Under the pieces are notes generated by a model. It did not search any database, had not been told where the DNA came from, and worked only from the letters and a program-made list of their open reading frames with translations. Shown here piece by piece: positions 14,294 through 29,210 of a stretch of DNA of 64,000 nucleotides; position 1 is the first letter of the stretch; the number at the start of each line of letters is the position of its first letter. Where the stretch lies: assembly GCA_050613775.1 (NCBI GenBank), contig JBODTK010000138.1, forward strand, positions 248,001-312,000, in the 5' to 3' direction. A program made the position numbers and the translations under genes. Source of the DNA: Neocallimastix sp. 'constans' (lineage: Eukaryota).

Positions 14294-14326
<33 letters not shown>

Positions 14327-14645
14327 TAAATATGAAATTCTTTATTAGTTTTTTAAGAAAATAAAATAGGAATAATAAACCTACTATAGTAATTTAATAA
14401 TAATAATAATATATATATATATCGTGAAGTATATATTAAATAAAAATAATAATTTTTTGATTTAAAAAATTTATTTAATATTTATATATAATTATAACAT
14501 ATTATTAGTCTTTGAATCTAAAGTAGAATATTGAATTATTGATTTTCTTTTATTTTATGTTATTATTATAATTGTATAAATTTTAAAACTTTTTTTTTCT
14601 TTTGTTTTTTAAATCAATCCTATTAACAGAAGTAATATTTTGATA

Positions 14646-14686
<41 letters not shown>

Positions 14687-15295
14687 AAATAAGCTTATAA
14701 TAAAATTCAACATACATTTAATAAAACTTTTATAAATAGAAAATAAAATTCTTTATATTTTACTTTAATATAGAACTATATATTTTATTGTTAAAAAATT
14801 TATATAAATTACAAATGCATATCTATCTATAAATATAGATATAGATATATAGATATAGATATAGATATATTAGTAATTTTTTTTAAAGTTTAAATGTTCT
14901 TTTGAAAAACTGAGACAATGATTATTCTTTTTAATTTTTTTTTTTTTTTATTTTAGATTTTTAAAATTATTTTTCTTCAATTCAATTATATTATAGATAA
15001 TGATTATAGCGTTAATACATCCAAATGAATAAGCTTCATAATTATTATTATATTCTTGAATAAGAAAAAAAAAAATTTTTTTTTTTTAAAAAAAAAAATC
15101 TTTAATTGTATCTATATAAATTTTATTGGATACATCATCTTCTTTAATATTAGGATATATATGTATTTTTTTTAATTATATATATAGAAAAAAAAAAAAA
15201 AAAAAAAAAACATATATAGCATAAGTATATTTAATAGGTTAAAAAAAATTTTTTTTTGGACTATATTATGACCCCCTCCCATTAAATATATGATT

Positions 15296-15345
<50 letters not shown>

Positions 15346-15574
15346 CAATAAATTCTGATATATAAAGAGTATTATTATACTTTTTTCTGTTAACACTTTT
15401 TAATTATTTTATATTGGAATTTTTTTTTTTTTTTTTTTTTGAGTTGTTGTCTGTTGAGATTTATAACTTTTTTTTACTTTTACTTAATTTATTAATTTCA
15501 TATGATTATTCCTTAATACATTATTGATTGATTATGAAATTTTCTAAAATTTAAAATAATTTTTATTTTAATAT

Positions 15575-15619
<45 letters not shown>

Positions 15620-15821
15620 CTATAGATATAATAGTTTTCTATTTCTGTCGTTATACCTTTATATAATTATTATGATTATATTTAATTCTCTTTTGTCATT
15701 TTAAATATTTTAATAAATTAATCTATCCATTATATATTAATATATCTATAGATCATTATATCATATAATAATATGATAGTATAATTTTAATATAGATTTA
15801 ACTCTACCATATCACAAAATT

Positions 15822-15857
<36 letters not shown>

Positions 15858-17021
15858 GTTAAAAAAAAAAAAAAAAAAAGTTTTAATTTAAAATTTATAT
15901 TTAATATTCATTTCAAAGATACTTGACCTATATATAACCTATAAATACATGCAATTAATCCAAATTTATGAATTGAACGGTTTATTCGGTAAATCTAATA
16001 TATAATAAATTAATATAATAAATTTGTTTTTTAACAATTACTATCTAGAAATAATATAGATTATTATTAATAAAATTTAATTTAACATAAAATTAAAAAT
16101 TAATTTATAAAATAATATTTTTTATTTTTAATTATTATTTCAATATATATATATATATTAAAAAAATTTAAAAAAAAAAAAAAAAAAATAATTAGTGATT
16201 ATAAAAAATATTGATAATTTTCTTATAAAAATTATTACTTTAGAAACAATGATTTTCATTTTTCAATTAATGATTCCAATATTATTATATATAAATTCAC
16301 TCTATTTTATTTCTATTAATTTATTTAAATGATAATTTATTACAATACTAAATAATTTTTATATATTTTTATAAAATTATTAAATAATATGAGTTTACGT
16401 ATTAGAATAATTTATATAAAACTAATCAATGGCTTTAGCATAGTACTATATTTTTAATTATTATTTTACTTTTATTAAAAAAATATATATCATAGTTGCT
16501 ATCGTTATTAATTACTTTTTAATTATTGTAAATGATCTGTTATAAATGCAATATGAATCACACTAGTAAGATAGAGTTATTATCATTAGGTTAATTAATA
16601 TTGATTGGACTAATTTAATATAATTTACATTAGCATTAACTTATTTAATGATGATTTAATATAATAAAATAAGTAGAAACTAGCTAAATTCAACAAGGTT
16701 TTCTTGTATTTATTTATTATTAAATTTTATTGAAGTCATTAATAAAATTAATTATTAATTTTTTATAATAAAAAGATTTAATAAATGCTAATAATAAAGT
16801 TAAAAAAAAAAAAAAAAAAATTATGATATTAATTAATATTAAAAAATTCATTTAAAATTAATTCCAATATATAAATTACCGAGTTTAATTTATATATTGA
16901 AATAATTTTAAATAAAAAGTGCCTAAAAATCATAAATATTTAATATATATTAATCTATAATAATAATTAAATAATTAAAATAAATCTAAAGAATAATACT
17001 TTTTAAATATATTAGAGTAAT

Positions 17022-17052
<31 letters not shown>

Positions 17053-17061
17053 TTTTAAAAC

Positions 17062-17154
17062 TCTATATACATATTTTAAACAAAGATTTTGAACTTACCC
17101 AAAAATTTGTTTTCTGTATAAGTTCAAAACCTTAGTTTAAAATATGTATATAGA
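17062..17154. repeat. 93-bp hairpin / mini-MITE-like inverted repeat
   Basis: Arms 17062-17097 and 17119-17154 are reverse complements at 34/36 positions (TCTATATACATATTTTAAAC.AAG.TTTTGAACTTA), with a 21-nt loop. Confidence 0.85.
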
Positions 17155-17209
17155 AAAAAATATATATATATGTATAAAATAAAAAAAAAAATAAAATAAA
17201 AAAATAAAA

Positions 17210-17264
<55 letters not shown>

Positions 17265-17519
17265 TTTATAAAAATGATTTTTAATTCAATTTTATAAAAA
17301 AAAAAAAAAATTATCTATTAAATATAAATATTTAAAAAATTATTATTAAAATACTTAAAATAATTACTATATTTAAAAATCACCATGAAAAATTTTTATC
17401 TTTCTTATTATTTTTTTTTATTACTTTACTTATATCATTAATGTTGTTTTTTTTTTTTTAAGTATAACTGTTAAAACAGTGAATTAATTGATAAATTTTT
17501 CGATTATAAAAAAAATTTT

Positions 17520-17732
17520 GTAAATTTGTATTTACAACCTCAAGTAAGACTGATAAAAAAAAAAAAAAAAAAAACATTGCAAAATTGGATGTCAAAATGT
17601 TAAAATACTTTTTATTTTCTTTAATAAACATATTTTAAATATGTCCCTTTAAAAAAAACGCTTAAACGAAAGTTAAAATTAGAGTACATAAGGGTAAGAT
17701 AGCTTCTTTAATTTGAACCAAGTACTCCTTAG

Positions 17733-17763
<31 letters not shown>

Positions 17764-17938
17764 GTTACGAAAAAATCATTACCTACAGATTGTAACGCTA
17801 TTGACTGATGAAATTTGTTTTAATTTAAAAAAGAAAATTTAATTGATCTGACTTTACCACATTAACTTTTATATTCATGAAGCAAATTCTTTAAAAATAA
17901 GAAATCATCAAGGTTTTCAAGATTTAGGACCTAAAGAA

Positions 17939-17970
<32 letters not shown>

Positions 17971-18418
17971 GATTTTATAAAGATGCAATAATACTTTTTC
18001 ATGAGAAAGTTTTTTTTTTTTTTTTGATATAATAAGGGCAGTAGAAAAAAGCTGAGACTTTTAGATCACAAGGAAACTCTAGCATATGATGAACTTTATC
18101 ACCAACTTTATCAGCTATTTCTATAAAATTTGTTCATCATTTCATTAAAACTTAACTCTTCATTATCATCAAATTCATTAAGAAGAATTTGAGAGGTAAA
18201 TTACTTGAGAATATTTCATTTTTTTTTTTTTTTTTTTTACTTTTTTCATTACACATCGGTGTTGGGACCATTTTAAATCTTCTAGATGGAGGAGAAGCAA
18301 TGAAAACCTTTCTGAGTCATTCTTTCTTACAGGAAAGGATAAGAGGGAAGTGGTCAGAAATTATCATTAAATGTACTATACTACAAACAAAACAGATACC
18401 CTATTAATATATTTCCTT

Positions 18419-18462
<44 letters not shown>

Positions 18463-18676
18463 TTAAATAAAACATGATCAATACAAGACGATCTACCATC
18501 CCGAGCCCAGGTGAAATTTCTGTTAAATAATCATAAATTAGCTAAAAGTATATTTAAAAGAAAAGAAAAAAAAAATTCCGTTAAATAATCATAAATTAGC
18601 TAAAAGTATATTTAAAAGAAAAGAAAAAAAAAATTCCGTTAAATAATCATAAATTAGCTAAAAGTATATTTAAAAG

Positions 18677-18721
<45 letters not shown>

Positions 18722-18732
18722 TAGAGAAAGAC

Positions 18733-18769
<37 letters not shown>

Positions 18770-18850
18770 ATTCCCATCCGTTAAAAATAATGTCTTAAAC
18801 ACAGAAGCTTTGGAGTGAAGGGAATGAATTAATCTCACACACCATTTCCA
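17520..18850 (-). mobile_element. Degenerate non-LTR (LINE) retrotransposon fragment: APE endonuclease end and linker
   Basis: Minus strand reads WARDGRSSCIDHV (~18510-18472) and ISDHFPLILSCKKE (~18362-18320), matching the (S/T)xIDH and SDHxP motifs of AP-endonuclease domains. Downstream come NEFDDNEELSFNEMMNKF and CDLKVSAFFYCPYYI. Interrupted by stops and poly-A/T tracts; ends uncertain. Confidence 0.75.
18522..18680. repeat. Tandem triplication of a ~58-bp unit inside the LINE relic
   Basis: GTTAAATAATCATAAATTAGCTAAAAGTATATTTAAAAGAAAA occurs three times (~18522, ~18580, ~18638). Confidence 0.9.
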
Positions 18851-18928
18851 TTTTATAATAGCTACATGAGTGTTTTTAAATAATACTTATACTATAGAAA
18901 AAATACATATACAAAATAATACTAAAAT

Positions 18929-18959
<31 letters not shown>

Positions 18960-19052
18960 AGATTCAATTATAATGATACTATGTATATGTAGAAACTACA
19001 ATGATATTATTAATTATTCAACTCTAATGTTACTACATATCCAGTTTAAAAG

Positions 19053-19230
19053 CAATATATAAAACATCAAGGTTTCACTTTCTAACCGTCACGTCACGTC
19101 ATGTCAATCTTCCAAAGTCTTCCAATTTTTAACAAAAATCTAAAACATTATACAATATATAAAACATCAAGGTTTCACTTTCTACCGCCGTCACGTCACG
19201 TCACGTCAATCTTCCAAGTCTTCCAATTTT
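19053..19230. repeat. Direct duplication (~78 bp, ~100-bp period) containing (CGTCA)n
   Basis: CAATATATAAAACATCAAGGTTTCACTTT..CCGTCACGTCACGTCA.GTCAATCTTCCAA.GTCTTCCAATTTTT occurs at ~19053 and ~19153. Confidence 0.85.
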
Positions 19231-19655
19231 TTCTCTCTCTCTCTCTCTCTTTTCGTATAGTAAAAGTCACTTTTAGAAAGGATAACCATTGGATGATCAT
19301 CATCAGAATCACAGAAAGTTGTCATTAGTCCACCTGATATTGGTTATTCCTTTTCCATCAACCCTCTATGGACCTGGAAAAGCAGTCCACATCATTGAGA
19401 TAATCAAGCAAAAGCATAGACCAATATAAATATTACTAATAATAATAATAATTAGTAATAGTAATAGTAATAATAGAAATAGAAATAGAAATAGAAATAG
19501 AAATAATAATAATAATAATAACAATAATTAATAAGATACATTTATTTATTAGGTGATATTATTTATTTTATTTTATTTTATTTTATTTTATTTTATTTTA
19601 TTTTATTTTTTAACTATTATTATTTTTTTATTATTTTATTTAAAGTGATAGTTTT

Positions 19656-19686
<31 letters not shown>

Positions 19687-19854
19687 TTTTTTCTATTTAA
19701 TTTCTTTTTTCTTTCTATTTATTTATTAATATTTAATATATAATATATATGTATATTTATTTTATTTATTTTTTATCTATCTAGTTTTTTTTTTTTGGAA
19801 AAGATTAAACTTTAAAATTATAATTTTTTGATATTGATTTGCTTAATTTTTTTT

Positions 19855-19896
<42 letters not shown>

Positions 19897-20085
19897 GTAA
19901 TATTTTTATTAATTATATATTTTATTATATTTTATTTTAATATATATTATTTTTTTTTTTTATTGATTACATTTTTTATTAATATTTATATTTTAATATG
20001 TATTATTATTGACTGTTTTTTTTTTTTAAAAAAGAAAAAAAAAAAAAAAAAAGTTTTGTTTTATTTCTTTTCTTTTTTTTTCTTT

Positions 20086-20118
<33 letters not shown>

Positions 20119-20375
20119 CTTTTCAGAATAAAATAAATAAATGATGATGAGTATTTATTTTATTATTTTTTTTTTATTATATTATTATATTATTATATTA
20201 TTATTTGTATTAGTATTAGTAAAAGTTTTTTTTATAATATTAATTAATAATAATTAATTAATTAAAAATAAAAAAAAAAAAAATTTTTTTTTTCTTCTTT
20301 TTCTTTTGTTTTTGTGTTTTTGTGTTTTTATTTTTTGCTTAAAAATAACTATATTTTATTATTTAATTATTTAAG

Positions 20376-20429
<54 letters not shown>

Positions 20430-20526
20430 AAATTTTTAAAATTTTAAATTTTTTTTTCATAAAACATTAAAAGTTCAAGAAGTAAATAAAAATAATAATA
20501 ATAAAATATAGTGAATATATTTAACG

Positions 20527-20564
<38 letters not shown>

Positions 20565-21041
20565 AAAATAAAAATAATAATAATAATAATAATAAAAAAA
20601 TTAAGTAAAAAAACAAAAAAAAATAAAAAATAAAAAATAAAAAATAAAAAAATAAAATAAATATAAAATAAAAATAAAATCTTTAATAAAAAAAAAAAAA
20701 AAAAAAAAAGATATAATCTCTTTTTTTTTTTTTTTATTTTTATTTTAATTTTTTGTTTTTTTGTTTTTTTATTTTTACTTTTATTTATTTATTTTATTTA
20801 TTTTTAAAACTATTTTATTTTCATTTTCATTTTTATTTTTTTTACTGTTTTTTTTTTTTTTTATTTTTTTTTTTGTTTTGCTTTTTACTTCAACATTTTT
20901 AAAAATTTTTTTTTCTTGTAGAAAAAAAAATTGGTTGCATATAATATTTCAAATCAAAAATAAAAAAAAAATTATATAATAGATTATTTACATATAATTA
21001 TTCATATAATTATAATATTAAAAAGATAGATTGTTTCATTT

Positions 21042-21072
<31 letters not shown>

Positions 21073-21600
21073 GTATTAATAAAATAAAAAAAAAATTCAA
21101 GAACTATAATTAGCAACTATTATTTTTTTTTTTTTTTAAATAAAAAAAAAAAAATTAAATTAAATGTGAACTATAATTAAAACTAAAAAGTAGTACTGAA
21201 TTTAATTCTTTTATACAATATAAAAAAAAAGAATTCCAAAAAGGAAATAATTAAAAGCGATAAACAAAATATTAAGAAAAAAAAAAAAAAAAAAACTTTT
21301 TTTTCCTTTTGAGAAAAAAATAAATTTTTAAAAAAAAAATTCAAAAAAAAAAAAAAACATATATTATAAATATATTTTTTTTTCTTCTTTTCTTTTCTTT
21401 TTTTTTAAAAAAAAAAAAAAATTATTATAAATAGATTGAAAATTAAAAAATTAAAAAAAAAAAAAAAAGATTAATTAAAAGAAAAAGTTACTATTAATTA
21501 ATTACTAACTAGTATAATCTATTGAAAAAAAAAAAGGTTTTAATATTTAAATTTCAATCTATATAATCTTTTTTTTTTTTTTCTTTTCTATCATTTCTTA

Positions 21601-21631
<31 letters not shown>

Positions 21632-22149
21632 CTTTTCTTTTCCATTTCCTTTAATTCTTGTTTTTCTTTTTTTTTAATTTCAATTATTATTTTACTTTTT
21701 TTTAAAACACTTTTTTTCTTTCTTTTTTCATATTTCCTTTTAAATTATTAAAAAATAAAAAAAAGAATTAAACAAAAGAAAAATTGTGCAAAAAAAATAA
21801 TAATAATGAAATTATAATTATTTAACCAAAAGTATTATTGTTAGTATCTTTTTTTTATATATATTCTTCAAATTCAAAAAGAAATTTACGGTTATATTGC
21901 TGTTTTTGTTTTTGATTCGATCTCATTTCTTTTTTTAACACTCTCTCTTTTTAATCAACTTTTTTTTTTTCTTTTCTGTTTGTTATTTATAATGAAATGT
22001 TTTAAAATTTGGTATGATTTTTTTTTTTTTTTGGAAGAAAAATAAATAAAATTTGGTATGATTTTTTTTTTTTTTTTGGAAAAAAATGAGAAGAATAGAA
22101 TTTCGAAATTAAAAAAAAAATTATTATTTTTTTTTATATTAGTTATTCA

Positions 22150-24081
22150 TTACAACTTAAATTTAACGGTAGAATTTGGATTTGAAACAATGATTGTTTC
22201 TTCTTCTTCTGATTTTTCTGGTGGTTGTATATTGATATTAATTTCATTAGAGTCCTGACCCTCAACTAATTCTTCTTCTTCTTCTTCTTCTTGATGTTGT
22301 ATTTTATCTTCTACTTCTATAGCAATAGCATCATAATCTATTTTTTTAGGAGCAGTTAATGGAGTTATAGGAGTCATACCTAAGGAAGATAATCCTTTGG
22401 TTTTTGTTGGACTATTAAATGACATGACTTCCATACCATGCCATGAAAAATCAGTATTTGTATTAGAAACAGCATTGGATACTGCATCACTTATACTCGA
22501 TGGGAATGCACTATTACCTTCAACCATTAATAAATTCTTTTCCTTCATACTTTCATATACCTTTTGTCTTTCTTTCTCTAAGGCTTCTTGTTTTAATTTT
22601 TCTCTTACAATTTCACTCTCAGCAGATTCAGACTTTATATCAAAGTTTTGAAGCGCTTCCTTTTCCTTTTGAGCTACTAATATTTCTCTTACATTTTCTT
22701 TAGTTTTCTTATTCTTTCGATAGAAACTGAAGGCAACAAGAGAAAGAATAATAGCAATAATAATTAAACCAATAATAATAATTAAAACATAACTACTACC
22801 ACCGGTATTAGAATTAATTGAATTATCTTGTTGACTTTGAACTTTAGCTGTTTCATCATCAGGTTCATCATCTTCAATTTCTATCTTTTCAACTTCATCC
22901 TCATAGAAAAATACAACTTTATTATGAGTCTTATTAACAAATTCTGCAACATCAGAAGTAGAATTTGAACTTAGAAGTTTACTTACATTAGCTATTAATT
23001 AACAATTCATCATCAAAATCAATGATATATAAAATAAATTTAAATTAAAAAAAAAATTAGTTTTAAAAAAATTTTAACATATAAAAAAAAAAAAAGAATG
23101 ATTTTAAAAATGTATATATATATAAATATAAATAATTATAAAAAGAATGATTTTAAAAATGTATATATATATATAAATTTAAATAAAAAATTAAAATTTT
23201 TTTAAAAATTTATATATATAAATTTAAAAAGAAAAAAGAAAAAAAAAACAAAAAAGTGACTATTTCAAGTCAAATAAAAACAATAATAAAAATAAAAATA
23301 AAATAAAATAAAATAAAAATGATATCTATTTTTTTCTTTTACTATTCTTAAATTAATTTATTTACCAATATAACCAAGTCTTCTTGATAAACCATAAATA
23401 TTATTAGTTGGACCTTGTACAGTAATTAAAATACCATAATAATTTCTTTTCTTTAACTTTGGAATTTTCCACTTATAAGAAGTAAAAACACGAGTAGTAT
23501 TTATTAATTCTTTTTGTTGCCATATAAGAGTATCGTCTTTTCTTCTAAGAGCATGATTGGTTAAAAGTTCAATTTTATAAGTAGTATTTGAATTAATTTT
23601 TAAATCTTCAACATTTTTTACATCATCCCATGATATATCAATTTTTTCTTTCTTCTCTAAAAAGCCATATTCAACATCTACATCAAATTGTATATCACTC
23701 TTTTTTATACCTGTATCTATAATTTATATATATAATAAATAAATTAATAAATTGGTTTTAATTTTTTTTTTTTGCTGTTATTACTGCTTTTATTTTTATT
23801 TTTATTCTTATTCTTATTTCATAAAATAAAAATAATTTAAAAAAATATTAATAATAAATTATTAATGAGCACTTATTGATACTACTATTGAATATTTAAA
23901 AAAAAAATAAACGAAATAAATGAATAGGCAAAAAAAAAAAGTATTAAATAAAATACTTTTTTATTATTTAATAGATCAACTTTTAAATTTAAAACATAAA
24001 AATATTTTTACCTAAAGTATATGAAAAAGATACGAAGAGAGTAAATATATATAAAAATAAGATGGATATTTTTTGGTTCAT
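22150..24081 (-). CDS. Type I membrane protein (signal peptide, small beta-rich ectodomain, TM helix, charged cytoplasmic tail); exons 24081-24012, 23716-23366, 22991-22150
   Basis: Spliced in frame across GT-AG introns: MNQKISILFLYIFTLFVSFSYTL | DTGIKKSDIQ..IDISWDD..TYKIELL..YKWKIPKLKKRNYYGILITVQG..YGLSRRLGYI | ANVSK..GGSSYVLIIIIGLIIIAIILSLVAFSFYRKNKK (TM plus basic stop-transfer). It continues into ORF-track 22150..22548. Confidence 0.85.
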
Positions 24082-27000
24082 TTTGTTTTTATTTTTTTTT
24101 ATTATTATTATTAGTATTATTTATAACTTTTTTTCTTTTAATCTATTATTAAATATATTTGTATTGCTTTTCTAAAATTAAATAAAATTTTTATAAAAAT
24201 TATTATTTATTAAAAAGTTTTTTTTCGCTTTTCAAAAAAAAAATATTATAATTGAGAAAAATATTGGTATTATTATAATAGTAGTTTTGATATTAACTTT
24301 TATTTATATATTAATATTTCCAATTTATAAAAAAAAAAAAAAATTAATACAACATATTAAAATAGAATTATATTATCTATTATATAATTTTTTTTTTTTA
24401 TTATTATTTAGTTAGTGATTGTGTTAAAATGTGTGTGTTGCTTTTTTATTTTAGCTTAATGTTTTAACTTAATTTAAAAGGTATTAATAATTTATTATTA
24501 TTTTATTATTGTTGATTTAGATATAAAAAAATGTTTCTTTTTTTTTTTATTTGATATAATACTAATTCACTTAATAATACTCTTTATGAAAAAAAGGTTT
24601 TATGTTTTTTAAATTTTTAAAAATTATATATAAAGTACATTATTATTTAATCGAATCTTTAATATATATATTATTTTATTTTTTCTTTTTTAAAATAAAA
24701 ACTATACTTTAAATTGTCTCTTTTATTATTATTATTATTATTATTAAGAGCAAAAAAAAAAAATAAAATATATATATATATATATATTTTTTTTTTCTTT
24801 CAAATTAATTCATTATTAATTTATTATGATCTTTTATAGTAATAATTTTTTTTTTTATTATTATTATTAATTAAATTATTAATTTTTTTTTATTATTATT
24901 ATTTAAATTTTATTATTCTAAATAAAATATAAATAAATTTAATATTTTTTTTTCTTTTTTTTTTTAGAAAAAAAAAGTTTTTTTTTATTTCAAAAGAGAA
25001 AATAAAAAGTTTTATATACTTTTTTCTCTTTATTTATATATAATTTTAAATTATATAATAATAAAATATAACGAATGGAATATATTCAATATCAATGAAT
25101 GAATGAATAAATATATAAATAAATTTATTATTTATAATAAATTTTTATTTAATAATTTAGTAATTTAATAATTTATTATCTAACCAAAATTATTTATGAA
25201 TATTTCATTATTGTTTATTATATTTATATATATTCCTTATAGATTTACATAATATTTTATTTTATTTATTCAATAGTATTTATTTTATTTTATTTTATTT
25301 TATTTATTCAATAGTACTTATTTTATTTTATTTTATATAGAATATATTATAATCATTTATTATAGTGCATTTATTATTTGTTGACTTTTTAATACTATTT
25401 TAAATGAGTTTCCTTTATAAATATTTAATTTCATTGTTTTATATTAAATGTTTAAGAACAAGAGCATAAAAAAAAAAAAAAAAAGCATAAAAAAAAAAAG
25501 CATAAAAAAAAAAAGCATAAAAAAAAAAAGCATAAAAAAAAAAAGGCATAAAAAAAAAAGGCATAAAAAACATAAAAAAAAATAGAAAAAATATTTAAAT
25601 AAATATAAATAAATATAAATAAACATAAATATAAATATAAATATAAATAAATATATATATATAAATATATAATATAATAAAATAAAATAAATAGTAAAGT
25701 AATATAAAAAGAGTAAAGTAATAATAAAAAAATAAAATAAATAGTGATTAAGGATATAAAGGAAGGAAGGAAATGATATAAAAAAAAATTATAATAATAA
25801 TAATAAAAAAAAAAAAAAAAAAGCAAAAAATAGAATAGAATAGAATAGAAGAGATCAATATAATAAATTATATTGAAAAATATATTAAAGGAATGATATA
25901 ATAATAATTATTATTATCATATAAGCTTTTTTTTTTTATATTTTCATCTTTTATTTATATATTAGAGTTTATTATAATATGACCTATTTAATTTAATTCA
26001 ATTCTATTCTATCCTTTTTTATTATATATATAAATCATTTAATTTAAAAAAAATAAAATAGTTTTATTAAAAAATTTAAATTATTTAATATATTATAATT
26101 TAATTGAATAAAATAGTTTAATTTAATTTCTTTAATTAATAAAGTTGATAGCCATAAAAGGAAAGGTTTTAAAAGAAGATAATAAACTAAATATATATAA
26201 AAATATATTAAATTAAATTATTAAATAATAAATATAATAATATAATAATATAATCTAATGAAATAAATGATTTATATTAAAAAATAGAAAATACCTTTAA
26301 AAAAAAAAAAGGCTAAATTAAGTTTATCTATTGTGTAATCCATTGACTTCATATATTCTTATTCTATTCTTTATTAAATATTAAATATTCTATATTATAT
26401 TATTATAATATTTTTATTTTCCAATTGAATTAAATTAAAGGTCAACTTATCATGGAATGAAAATATATATTTAAACTTTATTTCTATTAAAAGCATAAAT
26501 TAATAATATATTGTAGAATTGAGTAGATGACATATATTAATATAGAATTTAAATTAGAATTCATTTGAACTCAAAGTTATCTTTTGATATTTAATTAACT
26601 TTATTAAATAGTAAAATTTAATTTGGCTAAATTTCAATTTAATTTAATTTAAATTTATATTAAACCTTATTTTATATTAAAATAAAAATTTAAAATAGAA
26701 AAAAAATATTTTAAAATAAAAAAACTTTAAAATAAAAAAAATAAATAAATAAAAAAAATAAATAAATAAATAAAAAATAAAAGCAATAATAATAAATAAT
26801 AAATAATAATAATAATAACAACAATAGAAAAAAGATTTTTAATATATATCAAATATTATGAAATAGATAATGAATTAATTAAAGTAAATAAATAATATAT
26901 TAATTTTGAATAGAAATAAGTCCATTTAAACTATTTATAAATATTTAAAATAGGACTAATTAATAAATAAAATAATAAATAAATAAATAGTAAATAAATA

Positions 27001-27098
27001 AATAAATAAATAATAAATAAATAAATAATAAATAAATAAATAATAAATAAATAAATAGTAAATAAATAAAATAGTTAATAAATAATATTATAAATTGA

Positions 27099-27144
27099 TT
27101 AATCATCTCAATTTATAATATTATTTATAAATTGAGATGATTAA
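27099..27144. repeat. Perfect inverted repeat, 20-bp arms and 6-nt loop
   Basis: TTAATCATCTCAATTTATAA-tattat-TTATAAATTGAGATGATTAA. Confidence 0.9.
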
Positions 27145-27421
27145 GCAAAGTATTAGAAAAGGTTTTTTTTTTGTTTTTTGTTTTTTCGTTTTTTGCTTTA
27201 TTCGTTTAATTGCTTTTGATTATTCTTGTTAACTTTATATATAATTATATATATATATATGTACATATGTACATATGTACAACAGTTATTGTTTTATTAT
27301 TGAATAATGAATGATTGAACAAATGAATGGTTGAAGTGAATAGGTTTGAACAAATGAACGAATAATTTGAATAATGAATGGGAATGAATGAATAAAGAAA
27401 TAAAAATAAAAAATAATAATG

Positions 27422-27458
<37 letters not shown>

Positions 27459-29210
27459 ATAAACTATTTTTAATTATTTTATTTCTATCGATCAATCTAA
27501 CTGAAGAGAAGGGAAAAAAAGGACTTCTTTATCTAGTTTATCTTGGTTTCAATACATAAAATAAAAAATAAAAATAGACATATGTATATATATGTATATA
27601 TATGTAATTTTTTTTATCAATTATTCCTTCTTATTTTCCTTCTAATTATTATTTATTATTCAATTATTTATTAATAAATACTCTTTTTAACTATTTATTA
27701 TTCCATTATTGATTATTGTTATAGTATTAACCACTATAATTTATTATTTATTATTATTATCACCAAATAATTTATTTATTTCATTATTAAATTAAAATAA
27801 TATCAACCATGATTAAAATAATTAATATTTTTTGTTTTTTATTTGCATTATTAATATATATCTTATTCTACTACTTTATTATTATCCTATTTATTATTCA
27901 TTATTAGGAATAAATTTTTTTTAAAAAAAAAATAAATTATTATTATCACTACTTAATAACATTTTTTATTTAATTATTTAATTATTATTTATTAATAAAT
28001 ACTCTTTTTATTATTTATTAATAAATACTCTTTTTATTATTTATTAATAAATACTCTTTTTATTATTTATTATTTATTATTTATTATTCAATTATTCAAT
28101 TATTAAATACTCTTTATTATTTATTAATTTATTATTTATAATTCATATTTTATTATTTATATTTTATTATTTTTTATTTATATAATTTATTATATATATT
28201 TTTACTTCATTTTTTTTTTTGTTTCAGCATTTATCTTATTATATAATTATTTATATATATTAATTTTTATTATATTATTAAAATTATTAAAATTGTATTT
28301 ATTTCTTTATTGATTTATTTTTATTAATTTAAAATTTTTTTTTTTAAACTTTTTTTATTTCTATTTAATGATGATTTTTATTTTAACCATCATCTTTTAC
28401 GCTTCCATTTATTGGTGGAAATAAATTAAAAAAGTAATCTAACTTTCTAAAAAGGATTAAATTAAATTTTATGTAGATTAAAATTTTTCCTTTATTAACA
28501 TCTTAAAAACTTTAAAAAGAATGGACAAAACTTTAATTGCTATTTAAAATAAATTAAAATTAAATTAAATGTCCAATGACTGATGGAGTCAATTTGTTTT
28601 TTTTTCAATGAAACAACAAAAAACTATAAAATGAATAAAAAGGAAAAAGGAAAAAAAGGAAAAAGGAAAAAGGAAAAAAGAAAAAAAAAAAAAAAAAAAA
28701 AAGAGAAACAAAAAATATAAGAAAAACAAACAAAAAAAGCACCCTTTTCTTTCTTTTTTTTTTATTTTATTGAAATAATAATAAATATTAAATATTAAAT
28801 AATTAAGTAATAAACAATTAAATAATAAATAATTAAATAATAAATAATTAAATAATTGAATAATGAATAATTGAATAATTGAATAATTGAATAATAATAA
28901 AGAGTATTTATTAATAAATAATAAATAATAAATAATTGAATAATTGAATAATAATAAAGAGTATTTATTAATGAATAATAAATAATTGAATTAATAAATA
29001 ATAAATAATTAAATAATAAATATTCAAATAATAAATAATTGAATTAATAAATAATAAATAATAAATAATTGAATAATTGAATAATAATAAAGAGTAATTA
29101 GTAATTAATGAATAATAAATAATAAATAATAAATAATTGAATAATAATAAAGAGTAATTAATGAATAATAAATAATAAATAATAAATAATTGAATAATAA
29201 TTTATTATTA

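Noticed and set aside
14800..16950. Moderately complex sequence that may be a very old transposon
   Set aside because: No transposase or RT motif could be read in any frame.
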